From positions 3,776,001-3,840,000 of the forward strand of contig CBDCKW010000009.1 in the NCBI GenBank assembly GCA_965218435.1: DNA of 64,000 bases. Direction: 5' to 3'. The notes under the pieces were generated by a model. It saw nothing but the letters and a program-made list of their open reading frames with translations, was not told the origin of the DNA and did not search any database. The position numbers and the translations under genes are program-made. The stretch is from Truepera sp. (lineage in GTDB: Bacteria > Deinococcota > Deinococci > Deinococcales > Trueperaceae). Shown here piece after piece: positions 1 to 10,616 of the stretch (positions within the stretch are counted from its first letter, which is position 1; each line of letters opens with the position of its first letter).

Positions 1-1
1 C

Positions 2-418
2 GCGTCTATTACCGACTTAGACGCGCAGTACCGCCTTAATGTACGCGCCCCTTACCTCTTAACGCAGCTTTTCTTGGAGCGATTGGGGCGTACCCGCGGT
101 CAAATCGTCTTTATCAACTCGGGTGCGGGTCTCAGCGCCAGGGCCGAATGGGGGCAATACGCCGCCACCAAACACGCGCTCAAAGCTGTCGCTGACAGCC
201 TCCGCGCTGAGCTGACGGGGACGGGTATCCGCGTCATGAGCGTCTATCCGGGCCGCACTGCGAGCCCGATGCAGGCGCGGGTGCATGAGTATGAGGGCAA
301 AGATTACGACCCTAAAAAGTTTGTCCAACCCGAAGACGTTGCCACGACGATTTTAGGGGCGCTCGAGCTGTCCCGAACGGCTGAAGTCACCGACGTGTCG
401 GTACGGTCTCCGGGATAG
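2..418 (+). CDS. Short-chain dehydrogenase/reductase, 5'-truncated by window edge
   Basis: NSGAG, YAATKHA (YxxxK) and VYPGRTASPM motifs; frame open from window start. Confidence 0.85.
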   Translation, partial: ASITDLDAQYRLNVRAPYLLTQLFLERLGRTRGQIVFINSGAGLSARAEWGQYAATKHALKAVADSLRAELTGTGIRVMSVYPGRTASPMQARVHEYEGKDYDPKKFVQPEDVATTILGALELSRTAEVTDVSVRSPG

Positions 419-817
419 CCTTGCAAAGTGTCATGCTGTGGCGATTAGCTCGAGAACCGAGGCTCGAGTGCCCGTAACAAGAACGGTTTTGCGAAGCGTT
501 TTGGTCTCGGCATTTTTAAGCGAGCTTGACACCACTGTTATCAACACCACTGTTATCTAAGTGTCGGTACAAGCTGTGTTGAAAGTATTTTCGGCAAGAT
601 AGCAGCTACTCTTAGCATTTCCATAAGGGGTTACCACAAGTATCATCGCAGAATGTGCGTGCTGGTCAGCTAAACTTAGATTGAGAGCGTTGCCGACCAG
701 CTGATACCTGCTATCTCTTGCAAACTCAGCCAGTTGGTATGCACCAAGAAAAATATAGGTAAAAACCGGGCGAACCCGGTTTCTCAAACTTACCTTCTAA
801 CTCTAAAAACTACAGCT

Positions 818-1258
818 TTACATGCCCCCGCCGGACATCATGCCGCCTGACACCGGGCCACCGCTCATACCGCTCGTAATGTTTCCCAAGAGACCGTTAC
901 CGGCTTGAGTTAACACACTACCGAGTTCGGTCAGGCCGCTGTCACCACCCGCTGCAGCGGTCGTTCCCTTACCCAAACGGACCAAAAGGCCGCCAACTTC
1001 AGTACCGTCAATCGTATCGGCTTGTAACGCAGTTTTGAGCTCGCCGAGTTGTGACGATATGTCCTGCACCGCAGCGTCACTCGAGCCGCCCAGTTGAGCC
1101 TGCCAATCCTCAATATTAGCGATAGCAGCGTCAAGTGGAATTGCCGTCAGCCCACCTTTAAGCGCCGAGATGGTTTCGTCAACCGTCGGGGCGCTTGACT
1201 GCGCGAGGGCGAAGACAGCAGAAAGAGCCAAAACGGATAGTAGTGCGAGTCTTTTCAT
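818..1258 (-). CDS. Secreted hypothetical protein with SGG/Met-rich C-terminal tail
   Basis: Sec signal MKRLALLSVLALSAVFALA; AGGAGG upstream; tail SGMSGGPVSGGMMSGGGM. Confidence 0.75.
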   Translation of the reverse strand: MKRLALLSVLALSAVFALAQSSAPTVDETISALKGGLTAIPLDAAIANIEDWQAQLGGSSDAAVQDISSQLGELKTALQADTIDGTEVGGLLVRLGKGTTAAAGGDSGLTELGSVLTQAGNGLLGNITSGMSGGPVSGGMMSGGGM

Positions 1259-1735
1259 AGCTGTGTTGATGCCTCCTGAAAGTAGGTTTCTTACGCGCCG
1301 CTGGCGGTGGTCAGTGACGTTACTAACCTTTTTGGAATCCTCTTAAAGACTACGGGACCGCGGACGGTGCAACGTAGGAGGGGCCTACAGAGTTTGTGAG
1401 AAAGTGCCCTGCAGGACGTAAAAACCATCTTATAAGTGTGAACCAAAGTTACAATACAAATTGCCATTTTAGGCTGACAACTCCTAAGCTATTTATAATC
1501 TGATCGGCTGACACTACCGCGCCGCAAAACGTAGAGATGGTAGCAGCTCGAGCGGAAGAGAGTAGGTTTTATGGCTCGAGTAATCCTAAATAGTGGAGAC
1601 TAGCCTCAATAGCTTTTCTAACAGCCTATAGGGGAAAAGCTCAAACCTACCCGTCTTCACCCAACTGCCACGCTGCTCGAGCCAAGCGTAGAGAGACGAC
1701 CGGCGGCAACCTATGGCGGCGCTATAGTAGTAAAA

Positions 1736-3013
1736 ATGAATCCTATCCACACCCATACGTTTGACAACGGCCTCAAAGTGGTCGTGCAAGAGATGGCCTG
1801 GTTACCGTCGGCGTCGTTTAACCTGCTGTTGCCCTTGGGCGCAGTGACCGACCCGGAAGGTGCGGTCGGCAGTGCCGCAGTCTTGGCCGAATGGCTCGAC
1901 CGGGGCGCTGGTGAACGCGATTCGCGTACCCTATCTGATGAGCTCGACGCGCTCGGGGTGCGGCGGGGCGGCGGGGCTGGCGGTGAGAGCACCGTGCTTT
2001 CGGGCTCGCTGCTCGCCGACGCGCTCCCTGAAGCCTTGGCCCTTTACGCCGACATCGTGCGTCGTCCACATCTGTCCGACGCCGAATTTGAATCTGCGCG
2101 GACTGTCGTACTTCAAGAACTCGCCTCTTTAGACGACAGCCCGACACAGCGGCTTTTTATCGCGCTCTCCAAAGCTTATTTCGCGTCCGCTCACGGGCGC
2201 AGTTCTTACGGCGAAGCTGACGACCTCAAGGCGCTGACTGCTGCGCGTGTACGGCAAGACGCGGCGCGGCGGCTCGGGCCGCAAAGTGCTATTTTGAGCG
2301 TCGCTGGCGGCGTCCATTTTGCTGAGATTAAAGCTCTGGCTGAAAACCTTTTCGGTGATTGGACCGGCGAGGGCGTGGCGCTGCCCGAAGTGCAGGTGGC
2401 CAAAACGCACACGGAGCATATCGCCGCACAGACCTCCCAAACGCAGATTGGGGTCGCGTACGAGGCGCTCCCGCCCGGTCACCCGGACTGGTACAAAAAT
2501 GCGTTGTCGGTCGCGGTTTTAAGCAAAGGGATGGGCTCACGTTTATTTGCCGAAGTCCGCGAAAAGCGTGGACTCGTCTACAGCGTTGCAGCTTTGGGCC
2601 GTGCGGTACGCGGGTACGGCTACACGCTCGCCTATGCTGGCACAACGCCCGAACGCGCCGACGAAACCTTGCGCGTCTTGCTCGGTGAACTTTCACGGTT
2701 ACGCGACGGGGTGAGCGCCGACGAGTTGGAGCGTGCCCGTACCGGTCTCTTGTCGGGGCTCGTCATGGAAGGCGAACCCAGCGGCGGCGTCGCCTCGAGC
2801 CTCGCCCGCAACACCTTTTTGTTCGGTGCGCCGCGCCCGCTAGAGACCGTCAAAGCCGAACTCCTAGCCGTTACTTTAGACGACCTCAACACCTATTTAG
2901 CCGAACGCGCCGAACCGCACTTTACCGTCTTGACCCTCGGCCCGGACGCGCTGGCTGCTACACCACTTACAAAAAACGCTGCAGAGAACGCTACTGAAAG
3001 GGCAAATGTATGA
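1736..3013 (+). CDS. M16 family peptidase, non-catalytic subunit
   Basis: M16 fold motifs (SRLFAEVREKRGLVYSV) but no HXXEH; leaderless TATAGT-N7-ATG. Confidence 0.9.
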   Translation: MNPIHTHTFDNGLKVVVQEMAWLPSASFNLLLPLGAVTDPEGAVGSAAVLAEWLDRGAGERDSRTLSDELDALGVRRGGGAGGESTVLSGSLLADALPEALALYADIVRRPHLSDAEFESARTVVLQELASLDDSPTQRLFIALSKAYFASAHGRSSYGEADDLKALTAARVRQDAARRLGPQSAILSVAGGVHFAEIKALAENLFGDWTGEGVALPEVQVAKTHTEHIAAQTSQTQIGVAYEALPPGHPDWYKNALSVAVLSKGMGSRLFAEVREKRGLVYSVAALGRAVRGYGYTLAYAGTTPERADETLRVLLGELSRLRDGVSADELERARTGLLSGLVMEGEPSGGVASSLARNTFLFGAPRPLETVKAELLAVTLDDLNTYLAERAEPHFTVLTLGPDALAATPLTKNAAENATERANV

Positions 3014-4230
3014 CGTTTAACGAAACCGTGTTGCCGAACGGCCTCAAGATTATCGGCGAGCACAATAGTCAAGCGCAATCGTTTGCCGCCGGGTATTTTG
3101 TCCGTACCGGAGCCAGGGACGAAACCTCCGACGTCTCGGGTGTGTCGCACTTTTTAGAACACATGATGTTTAAGGGCACCGACAAACGGAGCGCCGAAGA
3201 CATCAACTTGGAGTTTGACACGATTGGCGCAAACTACAACGCCTACACCTCGGACGAGCGCACGGTTTACTACGGCGCGGTCTTGCCCGAACGCGGCGCA
3301 GCTCTCGTTGATCTACTCTCAGACATGATGCGCCCCGCGCTCCGCGAGAGCGACTTCGACCTTGAAAAGAATGTCATCTTAGAAGAGATTGCGATGTACG
3401 AAGACCGGCCCGGTTTCAAGGTCTTTGAGGAAGGGAACGCCCGTTTTTATCAGGGGCATCCGCTCGGGCAGTCTATCTTGGGCTCGCCGGAATCCATCCG
3501 GGCGCTGTCGCAGGGGCAGATGCTCGAGTATTTTCGCGCCCGCTACGCCTCAGACAATTTGTTTTTAGCGGTGGCCGGGTCTTACGACTGGGATGAACTC
3601 GTCGCGCAAGTTGAAAGCTTGACGCAAACCTGGAATCCCAGCCAAGCCGAGCGGCGTTACCCCGAGCTGTCCGGTGCGACCGGCGACGAACAGCAAACGC
3701 TGCCGACGCTGGCGCGAACTCACACCGCACTCTATGCCCCCGGCGTCAGCGCCCAAGACCCACTCCGTTACGCCGCCGGGGTTTTGGCAAGCTGTATCGG
3801 GGATGGTAGCGGTCGCCTCTACTGGGCGCTCTTGGATAATGGTTTAGCCGACAGCGCGTCCTTGTCGCACGACGCGGCGGACGGGGTAGGCGTCTTTACG
3901 GGCTACCTCTCAGCCGCTCCCGAAGCGCAAGCGGAGGCGCTTCGGGTCTACCGCGAGGTGCTCCTCAAAGTTCAAGACGAGGGCTTAAGCGAAGACGAGT
4001 GGCAGCGGGCGCAGCGTAAACTGGCGACGAGCGCGACGCTCCGCGGCGAAACCCCTTTTGGTCGGTTGATGTCGCTCGGGGTGCGTTATGAACTTAACGG
4101 CTCTTACGCGTCGGTGCAAGATACTGTGTCGCAGATTATGGCGGCGACACTACAAGACGCGCGGACGCTGCTGGGGCGTAGACCCTTTGACCGGCTCTTT
4201 AGCCTGACCTTGGAACCAGCTCGAGACTGA
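3010..4230 (+). CDS. M16 family zinc peptidase, catalytic subunit
   Basis: HFLEHMMFKGT inverted zinc motif; ATGA/TGA overlap with upstream paralog. Confidence 0.92.
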   Translation: MTFNETVLPNGLKIIGEHNSQAQSFAAGYFVRTGARDETSDVSGVSHFLEHMMFKGTDKRSAEDINLEFDTIGANYNAYTSDERTVYYGAVLPERGAALVDLLSDMMRPALRESDFDLEKNVILEEIAMYEDRPGFKVFEEGNARFYQGHPLGQSILGSPESIRALSQGQMLEYFRARYASDNLFLAVAGSYDWDELVAQVESLTQTWNPSQAERRYPELSGATGDEQQTLPTLARTHTALYAPGVSAQDPLRYAAGVLASCIGDGSGRLYWALLDNGLADSASLSHDAADGVGVFTGYLSAAPEAQAEALRVYREVLLKVQDEGLSEDEWQRAQRKLATSATLRGETPFGRLMSLGVRYELNGSYASVQDTVSQIMAATLQDARTLLGRRPFDRLFSLTLEPARD

Positions 4231-4306
4231 TCGGGTCCGGTTAGCTTGATGTAAAGCTCGAGGCTAGCCCGCTCGGGTTCAGCCTCGGCCGTCACCGCAC
4301 TTTGCC

Positions 4307-4336
4307 TTGACTTAAAGTGCTTTAAGTTTCTACGCT
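4307..4336 (+). promoter_or_regulatory. MerR-type promoter with dyad operator
   Basis: TTGACT (-35), 18-nt spacer containing ACTTAAAG-TG-CTTTAAGT, TACGCT (-10), ATG 6 nt downstream. Confidence 0.8.
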
Positions 4337-4342
4337 AGAAGT

Positions 4343-4828
4343 ATGAGCGTCTATACAAACCAGCAAGGCTATTCGATCAAAGAGGCGGCTCAGCTAATCG
4401 GCTTACCCGAGAGCACGCTGCGCTACTACGAGACGATTGGCCTCATGAATCCCGTAGGCCGTGATCCCAGCAGCAAGCACCGCAGATATACCGACCACGA
4501 CATTGACTACGCGGTCGTTGTGGCATGCCTGAACGCTACGGGTATGTCTATTGAAACTATGCGTGCGTATCTTGCTAACCGAGGCCAGGGGGCTCACTCG
4601 GCGAAAGAACAGCTCGACCTGCTCGAAAATCATCAACAGCACCTAGCCGAAGAAGCCTCGAGGCTTGGGCTCCGGCAACGTTACCTTGACGCCAAGATCG
4701 CGTACTGGCAGGCCGTGTTAGCGGGCGATACGGCCCAAGCGCAAGAGATTGGCAAAAGTGCCAAGCTTATCAGCCAAGAGCTGAGGGCGAGAGACAAGCT
4801 TCCTGACACGTCAATGGTCACGCTTTAG
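4343..4828 (+). CDS. MerR family regulator, AdhR/NmlR-like
   Basis: YSIKEAA..TLRYYETIGL HTH; Cys in ACLNATGMSI typical of the NmlR/AdhR clade. Confidence 0.88.
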   Translation: MSVYTNQQGYSIKEAAQLIGLPESTLRYYETIGLMNPVGRDPSSKHRRYTDHDIDYAVVVACLNATGMSIETMRAYLANRGQGAHSAKEQLDLLENHQQHLAEEASRLGLRQRYLDAKIAYWQAVLAGDTAQAQEIGKSAKLISQELRARDKLPDTSMVTL

Positions 4829-4933
4829 TAGCTGAGAAAACCCCAAAACTCAACTCATTGTCGGCGGTGGACGCCTGCTAGAACACAGTCATATACCGGT
4901 CAAACTTGCGCGGGATTAAAGGGGGAATCAACT

Positions 4934-5344
4934 ATGAACATCCGAAGAAACGGCCTACAGCCTTCAGAAAAGCCACCGGCGGAGTATTTTACCGGCACGG
5001 TGCGCCTCGACGCACCCTTCGGGGGAACCGATCCGGCAAGGGTCAGCGGCGCGACCGTCACCTTCGAGCCGGGTGCTCGTACCAACTGGCACACGCATCC
5101 GCTGGGACAGACACTTATTGTTACGGCGGGTTGTGGCTGGGTGCAGCTCGAGGGCAACCCGGTCGCAGAAATCAATCCCGGTGACACCGTTTGGTTTGCG
5201 CCAAACGAAAAGCACTGGCACGGAGCTACGGCAACCACCGCCGTGACACACATTGCCATTCAGGAAAAGCTCGCGGGGAGAACGGTTGATTGGCTGGAAG
5301 CGGTGACTGATGAGCAGTACCAGGCTCCGACGAAGGCCGATTAA
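4934..5344 (+). CDS. Cupin domain protein
   Basis: [20 protein letters not shown] and EKHWHGA cupin motifs. Confidence 0.9.
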   Translation: MNIRRNGLQPSEKPPAEYFTGTVRLDAPFGGTDPARVSGATVTFEPGARTNWHTHPLGQTLIVTAGCGWVQLEGNPVAEINPGDTVWFAPNEKHWHGATATTAVTHIAIQEKLAGRTVDWLEAVTDEQYQAPTKAD

Positions 5345-5360
5345 AGATGAAGTTCGTCGC

Positions 5361-6296
5361 ATGAAACCAATCAGTGACAACGCTCGAGGCGTCGGGTTTC
5401 TCGTTCTGGGTCTACTGATCTTTTCCCTCCAGGACGTCGCCGTCAAATGGATCGGCGGGGACTACCCCATCTTGGAAATCGTTGTTTTTCGCAGCCTTAC
5501 GGCCTTGCCCCTCACCCTGCTCTTTTTTCGCCTTGAAGGGGGACAGGGGCTACCGACCACGACGCGGCCCGGACTCGAGTATGTTCGCGGTCTGTGCTAT
5601 TTCCTCTCCTACACCACATATTTCATGGGCTTAGCAGCGTTGCCTCTCGCCGAAATTGCCGCAATCAAGTTTTCGGGGCCTTTGATGATCACCGCTCTAT
5701 CGGTGGTGATGCTCGGCGAAACGGTGGGGCCACGTCGCTGGGTGGCGCTGCTTGTCGGGTTTATGGGTGTGCTGCTGATCGTCCGGCCCAGTTTTGCAAC
5801 GTTCAACTTGGGCTCTGTATTTATCTTGATTTCCGTCCTCTTCTACGCACTCGCCGCCATCCTCACGCGCAGACTGCAAACCACCGACAGCAGCGCGACA
5901 ATGGCCTACTACAGCTCGCTCGTCTATCTGCTGGCGACGGTCGTCTTGGTTCCACCCATACTCCTCGTCGGCGATTTTCCGGACGCTCATCCGAGCGTTG
6001 CCTTTCTTTTTCGTACTTGGGCTATCCCGTCCCTGTTGGATGGGGTCGTCATGGTGGGGCTAGGGCTGGTTTGGGCAGGTGGGATGTATTTTATCGCTCG
6101 AGCCTACAGCGTGACGCTGGCCTCGGTCGTGGCCCCGTTTGAATATGTCGCGCTGCCCATTAACGTGCTGTGGGGTTTTGTCCTCTGGCACCAACTCCCG
6201 GCGCTGACGACCTGGGCGGGGGCTTTTTTGGCCCTGGCGAGCGGGTTGTACGTGCTGTACCGAGAACGGCAGGAACGCGTGGCGAAGGCCGTGTGA
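5361..6296 (+). CDS. DMT/EamA family transporter
   Basis: About 10 TM helices; LGETVGPRRW and VVAPFEY motifs; start moved to ATG 5361. Confidence 0.88.
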   Translation: MKPISDNARGVGFLVLGLLIFSLQDVAVKWIGGDYPILEIVVFRSLTALPLTLLFFRLEGGQGLPTTTRPGLEYVRGLCYFLSYTTYFMGLAALPLAEIAAIKFSGPLMITALSVVMLGETVGPRRWVALLVGFMGVLLIVRPSFATFNLGSVFILISVLFYALAAILTRRLQTTDSSATMAYYSSLVYLLATVVLVPPILLVGDFPDAHPSVAFLFRTWAIPSLLDGVVMVGLGLVWAGGMYFIARAYSVTLASVVAPFEYVALPINVLWGFVLWHQLPALTTWAGAFLALASGLYVLYRERQERVAKAV

Positions 6297-6357
6297 CGCT
6301 TACGTCCGGGTGTAACAATACTAGAAACGGCTTAAACACGGGTAAAGAGAGGATTTT

Positions 6358-7344
6358 ATGGATTACATAAAGCTCGGCAACACCGGCATGGACGTGTCGC
6401 GCATTTGCCTCGGGTGCATGAGTTTCGGCACCGCCGAGGGCTGGATTCATAACGAATGGGCGCTGGACAAGGAGGCGAGCCGCACCATCATCGAAAAGGC
6501 GCTGGACTTAGGGGTCAATTTTTTCGATACGGCGAACGTGTACGCTTACGGCACCAGCGAGGAGATTCTCGGGCGGGCACTCGAGGACTATGCAAACCGC
6601 GATGAAGTCGTGATTGCCACCAAACTGCACGGCAGAATGCGCGACGGCCCCAATGGTGGTGGGCTCTCGCGTAAAGCCATCCTGAGCGAGATCGACCACA
6701 GTCTGAAGCGGTTGAAGACAGATTACGTTGATCTGTACATCATCCACCGCTGGGACTACGACACCCCTATCGAAGAGACGATGGAGGCGCTGCACGACTT
6801 GGTAAAAGCTGGGAAAGCCCGCTATATCGGCGCGTCGGCGATGTTCGCGTGGCAGTTTCAGAAGGCGCTCTACGTGGCCGAAAAGCACGGCTGGACGCGC
6901 TTCGTTTCGATGCAAGATCACCTGAACCTTCTCTACCGTGAAGAAGAGCGAGAGATGCTGCCGCTCTGCCGCGCTGAAGGGATCGGCGTGACGCCGTACA
7001 GCCCGCTCGCCTCGGGACGGTTGACCCGTGACCCGTCGTCGGACAGCTCGCTTCGCGCCGAAACCGACAAAATCGCCAAGAGCAAATACGACGCAACCGC
7101 CGACACCGACCGGCAGGTCGTCGAGCGGGTTGCAGAAATCGCAGACAAGCACGGGGTTCCGCGCGTTCATATTGCGCTCGCGTGGCTGTTACAAAAGGAA
7201 CCGGTGACGGCACCGATCATCGGGGCGACCAAAATTTCGCATCTCGAGGGTGCCGTCGGCGCACTGTCCGTCGAGCTGTCCCCGGAAGAGGTCGTCTATC
7301 TGGAAGAACCGTATGTACCGCATCCCATCGTCGGTCATCAGTAA
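6358..7344 (+). CDS. Aldo/keto reductase (YajO-like)
   Basis: LGNTGMDVSRICLGCM, FFDTANVY, DYVDLYIIHRWD. Confidence 0.93.
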   Translation: MDYIKLGNTGMDVSRICLGCMSFGTAEGWIHNEWALDKEASRTIIEKALDLGVNFFDTANVYAYGTSEEILGRALEDYANRDEVVIATKLHGRMRDGPNGGGLSRKAILSEIDHSLKRLKTDYVDLYIIHRWDYDTPIEETMEALHDLVKAGKARYIGASAMFAWQFQKALYVAEKHGWTRFVSMQDHLNLLYREEEREMLPLCRAEGIGVTPYSPLASGRLTRDPSSDSSLRAETDKIAKSKYDATADTDRQVVERVAEIADKHGVPRVHIALAWLLQKEPVTAPIIGATKISHLEGAVGALSVELSPEEVVYLEEPYVPHPIVGHQ

Positions 7345-7371
7345 GCAAAGCACTCAAAATAGGGGGAGTAA

Positions 7372-8235
<864 letters not shown>

Positions 8236-8273
8236 GTTGACCCCAGCAACATTACGAGAGAACATGATGCTTA

Positions 8274-9106
8274 GGTTCAGGACTCATCAATCAGCTTCAG
8301 AGAAATTGCCCGTATATTCTATGGTAAGAGGGATTGCTATGAGCACACCTTTTTTACTGACAGAGCCGCAGCTTGAGCGCATCAAGCCGTATTTTCCACG
8401 TTCACACGGGATTGCACGGGTGGATGACTGGTGGGTGGTAAGTGGCATCATTTATGTTCTTCGTAACGGTCTGCAGTGGAAAGACGCACCACGTGCATAT
8501 GGCCCGTACAAGACGCTATATAACCGTTTTGTTCGCTGGAGCCGTCTAGGTGTGTTCAACCGGATATTCGAGGAACTGGCCAAAAGTAGCGAGTCCGAGC
8601 GGCTGATGATCGACGCCACGCATCTGAAAGCCCACCGCACGGCCGCAAGCCTGTTAAAAAAAGGGCTGTTCCTCGCGGTATCGGACGTACAAAAGGCGGC
8701 CTGAACTCCAAGCTTCATGCGGTATGTGATGGTGAGGGCAAGCTGGTGGCGTTGCTGCTGACCGAAGGGCAGACAAGCGATTATAAAGGCGCAGCCCGTT
8801 TGCTTGACGTCTTGCCCAAAGCCAAAGAGATGATTGCCGATCGAGGCTACGACGCCGACTGGTTTAGAAGCGCCCTGAAAGCCAAAGGCATAACGCCTTG
8901 CATACCGCCGAAGAACAATCGTAACGCCTTCACCGCTTATGACGCCAACCTCTACAAAAAACGTCACAAAATCGAGAACATGTTCGCTAAACTTAAGGAC
9001 TGGAGGCGCATCGCCATGCGCTACGATAGCTGCGCCCACACCTTCTTCTCCGCCATCTGCATCGCCGCAACCGTTATCTTCTATCTCAGTTAATGAGTCC
9101 TGAGCC
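8274..9106 (+). mobile_element. IS5-family insertion sequence (IS427-like group)
   Basis: Terminal inverted repeats GGTTCAGGACTCAT / ATGAGTCCTGAGCC; TA flanks at 8272-8273 and 9107-9108; split transposase. Confidence 0.9.
8339..9093 (+). CDS. IS5 transposase, orfA (8339-8704) plus orfB joined by a -1 frameshift
   Basis: orfA GLQWKDAP..YGPYKTLYNRF..W; orfB ADRGYDAD and YKKRHKIENMFAKLKDWRRIAMRYD; slippery A7G at 8656-8663. Confidence 0.88.
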
Positions 9107-9193
9107 TAGCTTTAAGTTTGACCTCGTTCATGACTTTTTCTAACAGTCATGCCTTAGAAATGTCAACAGAACCTAGCACGGTAAAAGCCTTGG

Positions 9194-9736
9194 TTACGAA
9201 AGGTCAGCTAGATAATTTGCATTAAAAAAAGCTTTGGGGTTGAGCTCGAGCGCCTCATAAGGCAAAATACGAGCGTTAGCCTTTTGAATGAACGTCTGAA
9301 TCTTAAATTGCCCATTTTTAAGCTGCGTTTCAGCTAAAGGCAAAAGGCTCTTGTGATATACCGCCGCGAGGGGCTCACGTTTCCCTTCCGGTCCGCTCAG
9401 CACGACAGCGTGTGTGCCCTCAGTTTGAGCTAACAGCTTTTGCCAGTATTCCGGCGTCAAAAAGGGCATATCGCAGGCTGCCAGCGCGACCCAATCTTGT
9501 TTTGCGTAGGTCAAGGCAGCGTGCAGCCCACCCAAACTGCTGCCGGGGTAGAGGTCGGGATAGACCGGGACATTAAAATTGTAGGGGCGGCTCGAGACCA
9601 AAAACCGTTCGTCAGCCTTTTTGAGACTCTCTAACGCCCACACCGCGAGCGGTTTGCCCTGATAGAGATAGCTTGCTTTGTCTTGACCGAAGCGGCTCGA
9701 GCTCCCCCCGGCTAAAACTGCCCCGCTAAACTTCAT
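9194..9736 (-). CDS. mobA: Molybdenum cofactor guanylyltransferase
   Basis: AVLAGGSSSRFGQDKA, ACDMPFL, EPLAAVY, FFNAN. Confidence 0.92.
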   Translation of the reverse strand: MKFSGAVLAGGSSSRFGQDKASYLYQGKPLAVWALESLKKADERFLVSSRPYNFNVPVYPDLYPGSSLGGLHAALTYAKQDWVALAACDMPFLTPEYWQKLLAQTEGTHAVVLSGPEGKREPLAAVYHKSLLPLAETQLKNGQFKIQTFIQKANARILPYEALELNPKAFFNANYLADLS

Positions 9737-9739
9737 CGG

Positions 9740-10561
9740 TCATAACACTGTAGCGCCCCCCGGCTGAAACTGCAGCAAGTCTATCTGAGGTTTATGGGAA
9801 GCGTCATACAAAGCCAATTGAAACCCGGCGTCAACTGCTAACCCTAACGCGTCGTAGCCTGCGGCCCGCGCAGCTTTATCGCCGTAAAGCGCAGCGAAAC
9901 ACATCGGAAAATCAGATTCTTGTAAATAGGGAGCGATAACCTCGCGGCTATAGGCCAGTTCATCTGCGTCCAGCTCAGGTGTATAACCCGCGTAGGCCAG
10001 CACGCGGCCCTCTTGCTGCAGCATTTCTGCCAGCGTGTGCGGCGGGCCGACATAACGGCGGTGCAGCGCCCGGTAAAGTGCGCCCCTGACCTCTCTTTTA
10101 ATGTACGTTTCGGTAGCTTCTGTATCGGTCCAGAGCAAAACGCTGACCCACCTGTCGAATCCGTCCGCTGGGGCAGTTCGGGGACGTGTATCACCTTTGA
10201 CGGTAAAGCGCCACTCTGCGTCGGTAAGCTGCCGCTGCGTCCAGCCGTTCTTTGGTACATCGGCGACGACCAGCATGAGCCTGAAATGGTCAGGAAGCGT
10301 TAAAAAATCAGCAGCAACCTCGTTTGCTACAGTTTGGGCGAGCGTTTCGGCTCCAAGTGCGATAAGGCTGTCCAGATAAGCGGCCTGCCGTTCACCCATG
10401 GGGCTGAATGTTCCCAGAGGTAACGGTTCGCCTCGAGTCTTTTTGCCTCCACGAGAGGTTCCAGAGCTGAGCGAGACATAAGCGTCGAAACGCTCAAAGC
10501 GGTCAGCGATGGTGTAGAGCCCTCTTAAATCCTCGAGGATAGGAGTTAGAACGATGTCCAT
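9740..10561 (-). CDS. Hypothetical protein (weak resemblance to a DUF2268-type fold, no HExxH)
   Basis: 273-aa ORF with AAGGAG SD, 3 nt from mobA; LAEMLQQEG and ALYGD..GY segments. Confidence 0.6.
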   Translation of the reverse strand: MDIVLTPILEDLRGLYTIADRFERFDAYVSLSSGTSRGGKKTRGEPLPLGTFSPMGERQAAYLDSLIALGAETLAQTVANEVAADFLTLPDHFRLMLVVADVPKNGWTQRQLTDAEWRFTVKGDTRPRTAPADGFDRWVSVLLWTDTEATETYIKREVRGALYRALHRRYVGPPHTLAEMLQQEGRVLAYAGYTPELDADELAYSREVIAPYLQESDFPMCFAALYGDKAARAAGYDALGLAVDAGFQLALYDASHKPQIDLLQFQPGGATVL

Positions 10562-10616
10562 GCTGTCTCCTTCCTTTCAGCTTTCAGCATAAACGAGTTG
10601 CGGGCTTTCTAGCTGC

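Noticed and set aside
557..787. 76-aa ORF in AT-rich intergenic DNA, with a 13-nt duplication near 529-556
   Set aside because: TTG start, no motifs and atypical composition; possibly decayed foreign DNA but unsupported
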